A DNA stretch of 64,000 nucleotides from Nitrososphaerota archaeon (GTDB taxonomy: Archaea > Thermoproteota > Bathyarchaeia > Bathyarchaeales > Bathycorpusculaceae): the NCBI GenBank assembly GCA_031256395.1, contig JAIRQQ010000086.1:37420-101419 (forward strand), written 5' to 3'. Positions 29,707 through 39,901 of this stretch are shown here, one piece after another. The position numbers were made by a program, and so were the translations under genes. Each line of letters opens with the position of its first letter. The stretch's first letter is position 1. The notes beneath the pieces are model-generated. The model was not told where the DNA came from and did no database searches. It was given only the letters and a program-made list of their open reading frames with translations.

Positions 29707-32019
29707 TTAGGGAGATAAGCTGGATTGGCGGACTTGGAAAATTGCGGTTCTTTGGTTGTAAAATACTAACTGAAATGTCGGGTCACTTCTAAAGCGTTGA
29801 ATTTGTGTGTAATCGCGCAAAACAACATAGCCCACATTTAGCTCAATGAGGGCCTGCTTATAATCAAAGCTCTCTATTGGGTCTTCTGAGATTTTGTCTG
29901 TATAACTCTTTGTGTTGTTTAGAAAAAGTTGTTCAAGTTCTGTTTTAGTTGTTAGATCTGAGTCATAGCGGAGGTACTCAAAAACTGACACATAAAAATT
30001 GATTTCTACTTGTGATTGAGTGGTTAGATTAAAGCACAGCTTGAAAGCGTTATTTGTTATTTGGGTTACTGTGGGTTGTGTGTTGGCAAAAATCAGTTGC
30101 CCCGCTATGTTTGTGTAGGGGTCTTCTATGGCTACGTATTGGTCCTTGTTTACAGTAATGGTACCTCTTGTTTGTGCCAATAGTTCCATGTTTGTGAAAC
30201 CGACTGCTAGATTGTTGCTCGATAAGGCTTGCGTTATATTGACAAACTGTATGCCCTGATAAACAGTTAGTGTTTGTGTGAAATTTACCCACTCGTTTCC
30301 CCGTATGGTGGTTAGTGTTGCAGTGGTGTCATTGGTTTTAAGTGCCATCTCTCTAATAGTAAGCTCAGAGAGCTCTGTGGTTTGTTGGTTGTTGTTTGCT
30401 GTATAGTAGCTAAACGCTGTTTGGTTATGGTTAAAGCTAAGAAATGCTGTCGGATAGTACTCATTTGTTTGTTTGACTAAAAACTCGGGGTTCCGATTAG
30501 CTCCATAGCCGTCTTCTCTTAACTGAATCAAACCGTTGTCAATTAAATAGTTAGCATCAAGGAGTCGCGTGGCTAAAAGCGCTGGTTGAAACTCGCGTGC
30601 GTTAGTTAGAAAGATGGGATCAACCGCACTCACCGTTGGTCTTTGTGCTCCACCCAACCACCACCCATACAATGCATCAGCCACAAAAACCGAATCCACT
30701 GGAGTGTTATTTCCAATCCACTGCAGGGCTTCATAACCTGATCTATCCATGACTTGAAGCTGATTACGCATTTCAAACCCCTCTGAGGGCATCATGGAAA
30801 AATGAGGAATTCCAAAAACAACCCCAAATAACAAAAGGGTAGCAAACAAGACAACTACTGTTTGCCTAGTTAGATGGGATTGTATGCTTCTTAGAAAACG
30901 GGTTTTATTGAAAACCTGCGTTAAACGCTTAGCTGATAAAAACCGATTTGTGACTTTGGCCAATTGTTGTGTAACAAGAAAAATGCCTGTTCCAACTATG
31001 ATTATTAAGGGCAGATTTGCAAAATAGAGAAACCGCTCATAATCAGTGTAGAAACCCACAACAAAAGACTGCGTAAGCGCAACAGAGATACCCAGCCAGA
31101 GAAGGATAAGCAGCGCTGGAAACCGAACCTTTCTCTGCATAAACTTAAAATAAGCAAAACCTGCAAAAAAACAAACAAAGAAGGGCAAAACAAACTCTAT
31201 TTGAACCAATCTTAGGGGCAAAAGCAACGCTTGAATATCAGGCAATCCCCCAGTGTACACCGCTGAATTCAAATCAAGATATATCGGCGCCGCTTGAATC
31301 AAAAAAGGCGACACAATCAACCCGCCAATAAACAGCACAACTCCCCACTCCAAAACATATCTTCGAGCAATCTCTAGTTTGCGCGGAAAACTAAGACCAA
31401 CAACAATTACTGCCAGACTTATCACTATAAACATTATACTGCTCAAGGAATGGGTGAGAAAAATCGTCGCTGAAAGCAACGCGGCCGCCGTTAAGCGCGG
31501 TAAGCGTGTGAACCTGTCTTTTTCTAAGAGTAAATAAAACACCAAGGGAATAAGCAGCAAAGCAATGATGTTGGGATAGCCTGACCAGAGCAGTATGAAA
31601 ATATCATAATACGAGATCCCCACTAAAAACGCAACTATTAGTGCGATGGATTCATTGAGAATTCTGCGGGTTATAAGAAACGCCGTTGCCACAAGCAGAG
31701 ACGAGAAAAGAATAACAACTATTGCCTGAGCAAAATAATCCGGTAAGCCGGTATAGAGGGCAACGCTGGAAACAAATATGTGATAACCCGGAAACGTATT
31801 GGAGTTGCCGCCGCCCATATGATAGGTGTTAAATAAGAAATTGGTGTTGCCTCCCTGAGTTATAGAATGCATAAGACTGTTATGGAGCCCAATGTCTGCT
31901 CCGGGAGGAAAACCCTCAAAGAAAACCAGTAAACTCCGATAAAGGGCTGAAAAACTGACTATAACCAACAATAACAGTGGAAATCGGTGCTTTATTTTTG
32001 GTTTATCCTCAGTTTGCAT
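29707..32019 (-). CDS. Polytopic GT-C/STT3-like membrane protein, subtype B copy 2
   Basis: GADIGLH, FPGYH, WSGYPN, THSLS, EALQWIGNNT..DSVFVADALYGWW. Confidence 0.75.
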   Translation of the reverse strand: MQTEDKPKIKHRFPLLLLVIVSFSALYRSLLVFFEGFPPGADIGLHNSLMHSITQGGNTNFLFNTYHMGGGNSNTFPGYHIFVSSVALYTGLPDYFAQAIVVILFSSLLVATAFLITRRILNESIALIVAFLVGISYYDIFILLWSGYPNIIALLLIPLVFYLLLEKDRFTRLPRLTAAALLSATIFLTHSLSSIMFIVISLAVIVVGLSFPRKLEIARRYVLEWGVVLFIGGLIVSPFLIQAAPIYLDLNSAVYTGGLPDIQALLLPLRLVQIEFVLPFFVCFFAGFAYFKFMQRKVRFPALLILLWLGISVALTQSFVVGFYTDYERFLYFANLPLIIIVGTGIFLVTQQLAKVTNRFLSAKRLTQVFNKTRFLRSIQSHLTRQTVVVLFATLLLFGVVFGIPHFSMMPSEGFEMRNQLQVMDRSGYEALQWIGNNTPVDSVFVADALYGWWLGGAQRPTVSAVDPIFLTNAREFQPALLATRLLDANYLIDNGLIQLREDGYGANRNPEFLVKQTNEYYPTAFLSFNHNQTAFSYYTANNNQQTTELSELTIREMALKTNDTTATLTTIRGNEWVNFTQTLTVYQGIQFVNITQALSSNNLAVGFTNMELLAQTRGTITVNKDQYVAIEDPYTNIAGQLIFANTQPTVTQITNNAFKLCFNLTTQSQVEINFYVSVFEYLRYDSDLTTKTELEQLFLNNTKSYTDKISEDPIESFDYKQALIELNVGYVVLRDYTQIQRFRSDPTFQLVFYNQRTAIFQVRQSSLSP

Positions 32020-32130
32020 CTTATCTCTGAATTTATCTCTTGTTGGCTAATATTGTTTTCATAGCAACGCTGTGTAGCAGGATTGTAGTTAATTTTATAA
32101 GATCTGCTACGCTAGCCTTTGTGACCTAGT

Positions 32131-32874
32131 TTGCCTCTGCCTGAATTGATTTCAAATTTTCAATGGTTACTCTCAAATCCTATAGATCTCAAGGGCCTGC
32201 AAGGAGACATCTGGGCTTGGGCCACTGTTCCAAATATAAAAAATATTTTACACGAGCTACTGGTTCTCCTTGAACGGCACAAAGTTAAGGCAACCTTTTT
32301 TGTTTCGGGGGTTTGTGCAATGCAAAACAAGGCTGAAATACTCCAAATAAGCAAAGCAGGTCACGAAATAGGCCTACATGGCTACAAACATGTTCCCTAT
32401 AATATGTCACGCACTGAGATGGCTGATGATTTGTACCACTCCGTTTCAGTGTACAAAGATCTGGGCATAGCTGTTGAGGGGTTTAGAGCCCCTTGGCTGA
32501 TTACCAATAAAGATCTCTACGATATGGCTCAGGATTTGGGCCTGAAGTATGTATCTAACATAAAGGCTGAAAAACCCCTGCAACGCATAGAGGGCTACGA
32601 TTTTGTAGAGCTACCCATCTATCTCGAAGATCAAGCCCTGCTAAAGAGCAATGCAACCGAGGTGTTGCTGGAATGTGCTGGGCCTGGGCGAGTGTTTGAG
32701 TTTCATCTGCTCTATATCCGACACAACCTCTCAGTCTTGAATGCTTTTCTAAGCAAAGGACAAACTCATGTTCTGCCTCTGGTAGATGTGGCCAAGGGCA
32801 AGCAAGGTGTTGGCTTATCTTTTGATATTGCCTATCTCAGTAGATGGGAACTGGTAAAAAAACTGGTGACCTAA
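32131..32874 (+). CDS. Polysaccharide deacetylase (CE4/NodB fold), apparently permuted
   Basis: KATFFV, HEIGLHGYKH, GFRAPW, LEDQ, FHL; an SFD motif occurs only at the C-terminus. Confidence 0.8.
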   Translation: MPLPELISNFQWLLSNPIDLKGLQGDIWAWATVPNIKNILHELLVLLERHKVKATFFVSGVCAMQNKAEILQISKAGHEIGLHGYKHVPYNMSRTEMADDLYHSVSVYKDLGIAVEGFRAPWLITNKDLYDMAQDLGLKYVSNIKAEKPLQRIEGYDFVELPIYLEDQALLKSNATEVLLECAGPGRVFEFHLLYIRHNLSVLNAFLSKGQTHVLPLVDVAKGKQGVGLSFDIAYLSRWELVKKLVT

Positions 32875-32876
32875 CT

Positions 32877-34013
32877 TTGAGCGAGCATTTCCTTGATAGC
32901 AAAAACATGAGCCTTTGGTATAAAGCAAAAGCATTTGCAGGCATACTAACCACCCAAACCTTTGTAGGTCCCTATTTTGCAACAGTGGGTGATAGATATC
33001 AGTGTAATTACCGCTGTGTTTTCTGCGAGTGGTTTTCTCCGCTTGTAAAAAAGAAACGCCCCCAAGTGAGCGGTTTAGATTATTTGAGTGTGGATGTTTA
33101 CCAAAAACTGGTAAGCCAACTAAGCGCCTTGGGCACAAAGGTAATCTTGATTGGCAATATCGAAGAGCCCTTCCTAGATACAACCCTAATAGAGAAAATA
33201 CGCTACACAAAAGCCAACAATTTACAATGTTTTGTAATAACCAACGGTTCACTGTTAACCCCAAAAAACACTGAACAATTAGTTGATTTAGGGCTTGATT
33301 ATCTAAATATTAGCCTAAATGCAGGCTGCCCTCAAACCTATCCCAAAATACATACAACCGAAACTGAAGCTACATACCACCAAATAGTAGCCATGGTTAC
33401 CCACATCGAGGCCCTAAAAGCCGCAAAACATACACCATTTCCCCGTATAAGACTCTCCATGGTGGTTTGCAACCGAAACTATCAAGACATTCTCCAATTC
33501 ATAGAAATAGCGCATAGAACTGGTGTCAAAAACGTTCAGATTAAGCGCTTTATTTCGGTCACAAAAGAAATCCTTGACGAATTAGAACTGACCCCCCAAC
33601 AAGAAGAAGAAACCAAACAGTACATACAACAAGCCCTAACAATCGCAAAAAAACACAACATCCACCTAGACATGGAGTGGTCTGAGTGGACAGGCGCACA
33701 AAAAACCCCCACCGAAGCGCATATGCCTTGTTATTTTGGCTGGCTCTTTTGTGTAATAGATGCCGATGGTAACCTCTACCCCTGCTGTTTCCAAGAGCGT
33801 ACCCCCAACGCTCTTATTGGCAACATTGCAGAAACTAATTTCAAAACCCTCTGGAAATCAGAAAAATATCAAACTTTTAGAAAACAATCCAAAAACATAG
33901 CTGCCAGACGCCAACTAGGGTATCTGTGCAACCAACCCTCATGTTTCTATAACAACAAACAAGTTCACGATACCATACACAACCTCCATCTGCGCCTATC
34001 CAAACGCAAATAA
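32877..34013 (+). CDS. Radical SAM protein with twitch/SPASM domain
   Basis: CNYRCVFC; CYFGW...IDADGNLYPCC...IGNI...LW.S...C; start set at the TTG after the GGTGA SD (ORF track starts at 32844). Confidence 0.88.
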   Translation: MSEHFLDSKNMSLWYKAKAFAGILTTQTFVGPYFATVGDRYQCNYRCVFCEWFSPLVKKKRPQVSGLDYLSVDVYQKLVSQLSALGTKVILIGNIEEPFLDTTLIEKIRYTKANNLQCFVITNGSLLTPKNTEQLVDLGLDYLNISLNAGCPQTYPKIHTTETEATYHQIVAMVTHIEALKAAKHTPFPRIRLSMVVCNRNYQDILQFIEIAHRTGVKNVQIKRFISVTKEILDELELTPQQEEETKQYIQQALTIAKKHNIHLDMEWSEWTGAQKTPTEAHMPCYFGWLFCVIDADGNLYPCCFQERTPNALIGNIAETNFKTLWKSEKYQTFRKQSKNIAARRQLGYLCNQPSCFYNNKQVHDTIHNLHLRLSKRK

Positions 34014-34031
34014 CTCTTTGTGTCCTTTGTG

Positions 34032-36368
34032 CTATTTCCAAATATGTGTTTGATTGTAGCTGTCTAAGATTTTGAAAATATCGTATTTGCTGTTTGAGTA
34101 AACCAACTCTAAAAATTCACACTGGGCAAGGTCGGGTAAAAATATCTCACTTAGTGCTGAGGAAGTTTGTAGGTTGAATTGGGTTTTATCATAAACAATC
34201 AAGCTGATGTTGTTTTCAGCAATGTATTCTTGGTAATTGTGGACTGAGGGGGTGAATTGATCAACTTTGAGGGTAAACAAATTTGCTAACTCGTTTGGTT
34301 GAAGGGCTGGATAGCTGTCTTTTGTAACTGCTAAAACTTGATATTGACACTGCACCGTTTGGTTGACTCCGATTTCTTTAAAATTATATTGGTAGCTTAT
34401 GGCATTGATTTGGCGATTAGCTAATGCATCAATACTACCCAAATCAGGCACATCAATAAAGTTGAGCGCAAAGGCGGTTTGTTTGGTTTGATCATAGAAC
34501 CCAATGTAGTGATCGCTTAGTTCTGAGCTTGAAAAGTTGACACTTACCCAGCCTTTGTTAGGTGTCGTTTTTGTGGGCATATCCCAGGGGTTAGTCCATT
34601 CCATGAATTGCGGTATTTGGGCTTTATCGAAATAGAATTCAAGATCAAAATCAGTGCTTAGCACCAATTGCGCATTGGTTATCTCTCCGTTTAGAGGTGT
34701 GATAGACCATGAGACATTGAGGGGATAGGCGTCTTTTTGGAAAAGTATTGTCTGAGTTAGAACTACTTGGTTGTTATAGTAGGTGAACTCTACTGATTTT
34801 TCCTCAAAAGAGTTGTTTAGAGTTACAGTTTTGGTCAGTTCGCAGAGTGCCACGGTATGGTTTACTGCGTTTTGGGTAAATGATAAGGTGTCTTTGGATA
34901 GTGACAAATAGGCTACTCTGTTCCATAGCTGATTTATGTAGACATAGTTTTCGCTTGTGACATTGCCGTTTTGCTCATAGGTTCTTAGCATGGTTTGGGG
35001 TCCTTGAATTTCATAGTGTAGATTTAGAACTGCATCAGCAACTGGGTTTGCACCATACCAATGGTAGGTCTGAGCAATAACTGGGTTGTCTGAGAAAACT
35101 GCAAACCACTCACCGGGATTTAACGTAACAACGATGATCTCACTGGGATAGTTTTGCTTAACCCAAGTTGCGGCTTCATAGGTGCGCATATCCGCTCTAT
35201 TGTTAAACGCACCCGCTACCATTACTTGGCTGTAGGTGTTGTAGACTTGCAAACCAAATATTGGACACACCACTACCACAATTAAGCCCACAGCAACGAC
35301 TTTGTGTTTTTTATCTGCCTTTTTGAGCATTGCAAAAATTTTTTGTCCAATAAAGACCATGCAAACAGCACCAAAAATCGCTATAGGTGGAGCCAAATAG
35401 TACGTGAACCACTCAAAGGGTAAATAGAAACCCAACAGGTAGGACTTGGCAAAAAACAACGGCACACAAAAACTCAACAACAAAATAACAAACCCTATCC
35501 GCTTGTTTTGTTTTTTATGTTGACTATAGCTGATGGCTATGCCGGCTAGGGCGAGAAATTGTATAGCACCAAAGTAGAGCAGAAACGCCTCAAAACTCGT
35601 ATATGGAATATCAACCGCATAGGCTTTGTTACCAAAAAATATGTGATAAATAACCACATCCAGATGGCTTGCGATGGCTGGATAGTAAAACATAAAGAAC
35701 GCAAGCATACCCCCCAAAGCAGTCAAGAGAAATGCTTTGAGATAGGCGCCTCTAAATTTTATCATCAACAAAAGCATAGCCGGCAGCATAATTACCGCGG
35801 CAAGAAACGCGCTGAGCTGATGGGCAAGAAAAACACTAAACGCAACAAAAAACATAACCACGACATAGCTGACTTGTTTGACTGCTAAATACGACACATA
35901 AAACAGTAGAAGCAAAAAAGACATACCAAGCGCAGTCGTGTAGCCGCCCCAGGTGTTGAGAAAATAAATCAGATAGCATAATGATATGAAAATAGCTGAG
36001 AGCGCACCTACTTTTTTGTTAAAAAATTTACTACCAACCAAATAAACCGAGAGAAATAACAACCAATTTGCCATCACTGCTAAAACTTTCTCAACAACCA
36101 ATATCTGCACTGCGTTTAGCGTCCCACCAAATAGGCTGCATATGGCTATTAGAATTTCAAAAAGCGGCGGCACCCAGCCTGAGTTATCTAATGGAATCTG
36201 ACCTGTCTCTAAAAATATTTGCGCTTTTAGAAGATGAACCGCGGGGTCTAGTCCCAAAACTAACCCATTCATTGATATGAGCAAATAACAAAGAACCACC
36301 ACAACCAAAGAAAAGCCGCTGACAAATGCGACCTCTAATTTTTTCTCCCTTGTCAGTTTATCTAGCAA
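34032..36368 (-). CDS. Polytopic GT-C/STT3-like membrane protein, subtype A copy 2
   Basis: GLDPAVH, WVPPLF, WGGYTT, AHQL, EAATWVKQNYP..IVV...GEWF. Confidence 0.75.
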   Translation of the reverse strand: MLDKLTREKKLEVAFVSGFSLVVVVLCYLLISMNGLVLGLDPAVHLLKAQIFLETGQIPLDNSGWVPPLFEILIAICSLFGGTLNAVQILVVEKVLAVMANWLLFLSVYLVGSKFFNKKVGALSAIFISLCYLIYFLNTWGGYTTALGMSFLLLLFYVSYLAVKQVSYVVVMFFVAFSVFLAHQLSAFLAAVIMLPAMLLLMIKFRGAYLKAFLLTALGGMLAFFMFYYPAIASHLDVVIYHIFFGNKAYAVDIPYTSFEAFLLYFGAIQFLALAGIAISYSQHKKQNKRIGFVILLLSFCVPLFFAKSYLLGFYLPFEWFTYYLAPPIAIFGAVCMVFIGQKIFAMLKKADKKHKVVAVGLIVVVVCPIFGLQVYNTYSQVMVAGAFNNRADMRTYEAATWVKQNYPSEIIVVTLNPGEWFAVFSDNPVIAQTYHWYGANPVADAVLNLHYEIQGPQTMLRTYEQNGNVTSENYVYINQLWNRVAYLSLSKDTLSFTQNAVNHTVALCELTKTVTLNNSFEEKSVEFTYYNNQVVLTQTILFQKDAYPLNVSWSITPLNGEITNAQLVLSTDFDLEFYFDKAQIPQFMEWTNPWDMPTKTTPNKGWVSVNFSSSELSDHYIGFYDQTKQTAFALNFIDVPDLGSIDALANRQINAISYQYNFKEIGVNQTVQCQYQVLAVTKDSYPALQPNELANLFTLKVDQFTPSVHNYQEYIAENNISLIVYDKTQFNLQTSSALSEIFLPDLAQCEFLELVYSNSKYDIFKILDSYNQTHIWK

Positions 36369-36380
36369 TGTGGCCTATCC

Positions 36381-38684
36381 TTAATTGTGAGTGTTTGTTT
36401 CAACCTTAAAGATGGCCACTTTATTGTTTATAAATACAGAACTAAATACTGGGTCATTGGCATATTTGGGATTTAATTCAAAATTGCGGTTCACAACATA
36501 TGAGACATTGTATTGTTGCAGAGCAACTCTGTAATCAAAAATAGTCATAGCTAACTCGGGAACACCCGCGGGGGTCTGTAGATTGGTTCTAAGAATCTGC
36601 TCAAGACTCTCCATGCCTGTCAGATTTTGCAGATCAATATTTGCTGCAGAAAACATACCCACCAGAATCTGAACCTCAACCCCTGACATATCTTGCATAG
36701 CATAGGATAGCTGAGTGGTACCGCGATCTTGTAAGTACCGGCTGGTTACTGTTGGGGTGGAGTGTGCAAAAATTAGCTGTCCACATATGTTTGCCTCTAA
36801 ATCTAAAACTGCTACTGTTTCATTGGTTGTTTGTTGGAGCAATGTGCCTGGAGAATCAACTACCAACTCTAGTCGATCTAGGGTTATGTTGGGGTTGAGG
36901 CTCTGAGCCGATAGGGTCAGGTTTGCAAATTGACTTACGGGGGTGAGTGTTACAATTTCTAAAAAGCTAACCTCACTGTTTGCTCGATTAACAACTATCG
37001 CTGGACTGCTATCTGGGTCTGCATAAGCAAGTCCCATATCAACAACCGGCAAATCTGACACATTGACTACTTGGGTCCCCTTTTCGTTGTGCTCATAGTG
37101 CAGAGTAATTTGGCTACTGTTAAACGCAAAAAACTCGTATGGTTCAATGGTTTCTTTTAGGTTTACCAAAAATAGTGGGTTGTGTCTGCCCAAATAGCCT
37201 CCATCTTCTCGAACCTGAACATACCCATTGTCCAGCACATAATTGGTATTTAGGAGATAGGATACATTTCTTGCCATATTCACCTCACCCATAATCGATA
37301 TGGCCTGCAAATCAATACTGCTAATAGTCGGACGCTGACCAAACCCCGCCATCCACCACCCATAGGACATATCTGAAACAAACACCGCATCTGCCGAAGT
37401 GTTCTGCTTAGCCCACCTGATTGCCTGATAACCCTCCGCATCCATAACCTGATAAAACTCTTGATGTCTAACATCCCACGGAAAACGCAGGATAAACGCG
37501 CCAAACATTAAACCCAGCAAAATCAAAATCAAAAAAACCGAGCACCCCTTCCTACGTTGTTCTGTATTCAACGGTATTTTCCGATCTAACTTGCAAAACA
37601 GCCATTTTTTCTTATTTCTACAAATATTACAAATATTGACTCTAAAGGGGTATTTTGAGATCGAATCAATGATTAGTGCAAATAGAATCAGAACTGGATG
37701 AATAAAAAAATAGGGAAACCGAAGCCCATCTAAATACAATCCCGTCCGATAACTCTGAGTTAGCAATAAAGGCACCAAAAGCCACATAGCAAGCAAAAAT
37801 ACCGAAAAAACAAAGAACCGGTGCTTAATTTTCTTTGAAAACCAAAAATATGCTCCCACACCAACAAAAAGCGTCAACACAGCCCAAATGGGAATGGTAC
37901 GCTCCAAAATCAATACCTGAGCAATATCTATAGAACCCACCAACACAGTGCTCTCACTCAAATAAACCGGTATGGCACTCACCAAAAAAGGCGACACCAA
38001 AACCAACCCAACAACAAGCGGCAATGCCAAGCTAAGACTAAACTTTCTTGATCTATCAAACAACCTTGGAAAAACAAGAACACACCCCAGAGCAAGTATG
38101 ACTATACCACTAAATACCGCCGCACTCAAAGAATGCGTCAAAAATATAGCTGCGGCCACAAGAGATGCCGAAACATAAAATGCCCCCCGAGAAAGCTTAT
38201 CACGTCTAAGAAACAAATAAAACATCACCGGCATCAAAAACAATACAACAGCATTGGGATAACCCCCCCAACAAAGAATCTCAACATCCAACGATGAAAA
38301 CGTAACAAGCAAAGCAACAATAAACGCTGTTTGCGCACTCCACACAACCCGCGTAACCAAAAAAACAGCCAAAACAATAAACGCCGAAAACAAAGCTGCA
38401 ACCAAAGCCTGCGCCACATAACTAGACAACCCCGTAAAAAGTATCACCTGAGCCGCAACAATATGAAACCCCGGAAACGCAAGCCCCAACTCACCCCCCA
38501 TCTGATAAAAATTCTGAAGAAAATTAGTATGCCCCCCTTGCGTAATCGAGTTAATAACACTAGCATGACAGCCAATATCTGCCCCCGGAGGAAAAGTCTG
38601 CCCAAGCAACATCACTAACCGATAAACAAACGCAAAAACAAAGATACCCACCAAAAGAACCTGCTTCTTAGAGCAACTAACCAA
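36381..38684 (-). CDS. Polytopic GT-C/STT3-like membrane protein, subtype B copy 3
   Basis: GADIGCH, FPGFH, WGGYPN, THSLS, QAIRWAKQNT..DAVFVSDMSYGWW. Confidence 0.75.
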   Translation of the reverse strand: MVSCSKKQVLLVGIFVFAFVYRLVMLLGQTFPPGADIGCHASVINSITQGGHTNFLQNFYQMGGELGLAFPGFHIVAAQVILFTGLSSYVAQALVAALFSAFIVLAVFLVTRVVWSAQTAFIVALLVTFSSLDVEILCWGGYPNAVVLFLMPVMFYLFLRRDKLSRGAFYVSASLVAAAIFLTHSLSAAVFSGIVILALGCVLVFPRLFDRSRKFSLSLALPLVVGLVLVSPFLVSAIPVYLSESTVLVGSIDIAQVLILERTIPIWAVLTLFVGVGAYFWFSKKIKHRFFVFSVFLLAMWLLVPLLLTQSYRTGLYLDGLRFPYFFIHPVLILFALIIDSISKYPFRVNICNICRNKKKWLFCKLDRKIPLNTEQRRKGCSVFLILILLGLMFGAFILRFPWDVRHQEFYQVMDAEGYQAIRWAKQNTSADAVFVSDMSYGWWMAGFGQRPTISSIDLQAISIMGEVNMARNVSYLLNTNYVLDNGYVQVREDGGYLGRHNPLFLVNLKETIEPYEFFAFNSSQITLHYEHNEKGTQVVNVSDLPVVDMGLAYADPDSSPAIVVNRANSEVSFLEIVTLTPVSQFANLTLSAQSLNPNITLDRLELVVDSPGTLLQQTTNETVAVLDLEANICGQLIFAHSTPTVTSRYLQDRGTTQLSYAMQDMSGVEVQILVGMFSAANIDLQNLTGMESLEQILRTNLQTPAGVPELAMTIFDYRVALQQYNVSYVVNRNFELNPKYANDPVFSSVFINNKVAIFKVETNTHN

Positions 38685-38806
38685 TCCGATACCTCACACA
38701 TCTGCAAAACCACCCTGAATGGCGTTCCCCACAAGTTAGCGTATAACACCTAAAAAACAGGCACCTAAAAAACAAAAACCCCGCAACCCAACCAAAGCGG
38801 CAATGT

Positions 38807-39901
38807 TTACTCATTTGACTTTGCACTCGCCATTACAACATCTAACAATTCCCGTGCAGTAACATCCCATGAGAAATTACGCGAATACTCTAACGCATTT
38901 CTTGAAAATCGCTCCCTTAATTCTCCATCTCTTAGTAATGCCATGATCTTATCTGCCATAGCTTCAATATCCCCGCTCTCCACCAAAAAACCCGTCACAT
39001 TGTCTTGAACAGAATCTCTTAAACCAGGTGCCGCATAAGCCACCGTAGGTACACCCAAGGCATTTGCCTCAATAACATTAAGACCCCACCCCTCACGAAC
39101 CCCCGGATTTACCAACACCCAACTTTGCTCAATTAATTTTCGCCGCTCAACATTGCCCAACGACCCATAAAATCGTACTCCCCGACAAAACACCTTCTCT
39201 AAATCACGCCTAATTGGGCCATCCCCAATAATCCATAACTCTGCCTCGGGAAATTCTGCCTTAACTTTCTCAAATGCCCTCAAAGCATGGCTTGGCCTCT
39301 TAGCCTTCTTTAACCGCCCACAATAGACAATAACCGGCTGGCTACTTTTGGGAGAAACCTGAGACAGGGGTTCAAAGTTCACTCCCTCTGGAATAATAAA
39401 TAAGCGCTTCAAACCCAGAGCCGCTAAATCCCTATAGGTACTATCTGACACCGTAACAGTCGGTATGGTTACATATTTTTGTAGCCACCTATCCTCCAAG
39501 TAATGCCCTATGTGGTTTAGGGGAAACCTTGTTTCATAAAACCAGTATTCTCTTGCCAGCTGATGAATCAAAGCAACAACCACCTCATCATTTTTGGCAA
39601 AAGTATGAGCAAAGAAAGGCCTGGTGTTTATTTCATCAATTATCAAATCAAAATGCTCCCCTCTAAAACGATTGAGATAGAATTTTTTTGCCGCAGAAAA
39701 AACCGAAAAACGCCCGCCTGATCGAATAATCTTGATACCGTCAATAATTTCTTCTCGTATACATCTTGGAAATGCGGCAGTAAACAATGTTACTTCATGC
39801 CCTGCCTTAACCCACCGCATGGCGACTTCATGGGTAAAAATCTCTGCCCCACCCATCTCCGGATTACACCAGCACCGCCAGTTGTAAACAAGAATCTTCA
39901 T
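38807..39901 (-). CDS. GT4 family glycosyltransferase
   Basis: GGAE, GRLKKAK, REGWGLNVIEANALGVP. Confidence 0.92.
   Translation of the reverse strand: MKILVYNWRCWCNPEMGGAEIFTHEVAMRWVKAGHEVTLFTAAFPRCIREEIIDGIKIIRSGGRFSVFSAAKKFYLNRFRGEHFDLIIDEINTRPFFAHTFAKNDEVVVALIHQLAREYWFYETRFPLNHIGHYLEDRWLQKYVTIPTVTVSDSTYRDLAALGLKRLFIIPEGVNFEPLSQVSPKSSQPVIVYCGRLKKAKRPSHALRAFEKVKAEFPEAELWIIGDGPIRRDLEKVFCRGVRFYGSLGNVERRKLIEQSWVLVNPGVREGWGLNVIEANALGVPTVAYAAPGLRDSVQDNVTGFLVESGDIEAMADKIMALLRDGELRERFSRNALEYSRNFSWDVTARELLDVVMASAKSNE

Noticed and set aside
21493-38684. Diversity-generating retroelement acting on the five paralogs
   Set aside because: No reverse transcriptase and no near-identical TR/VR pair with adenine-specific differences; the paralogs are diverged throughout.
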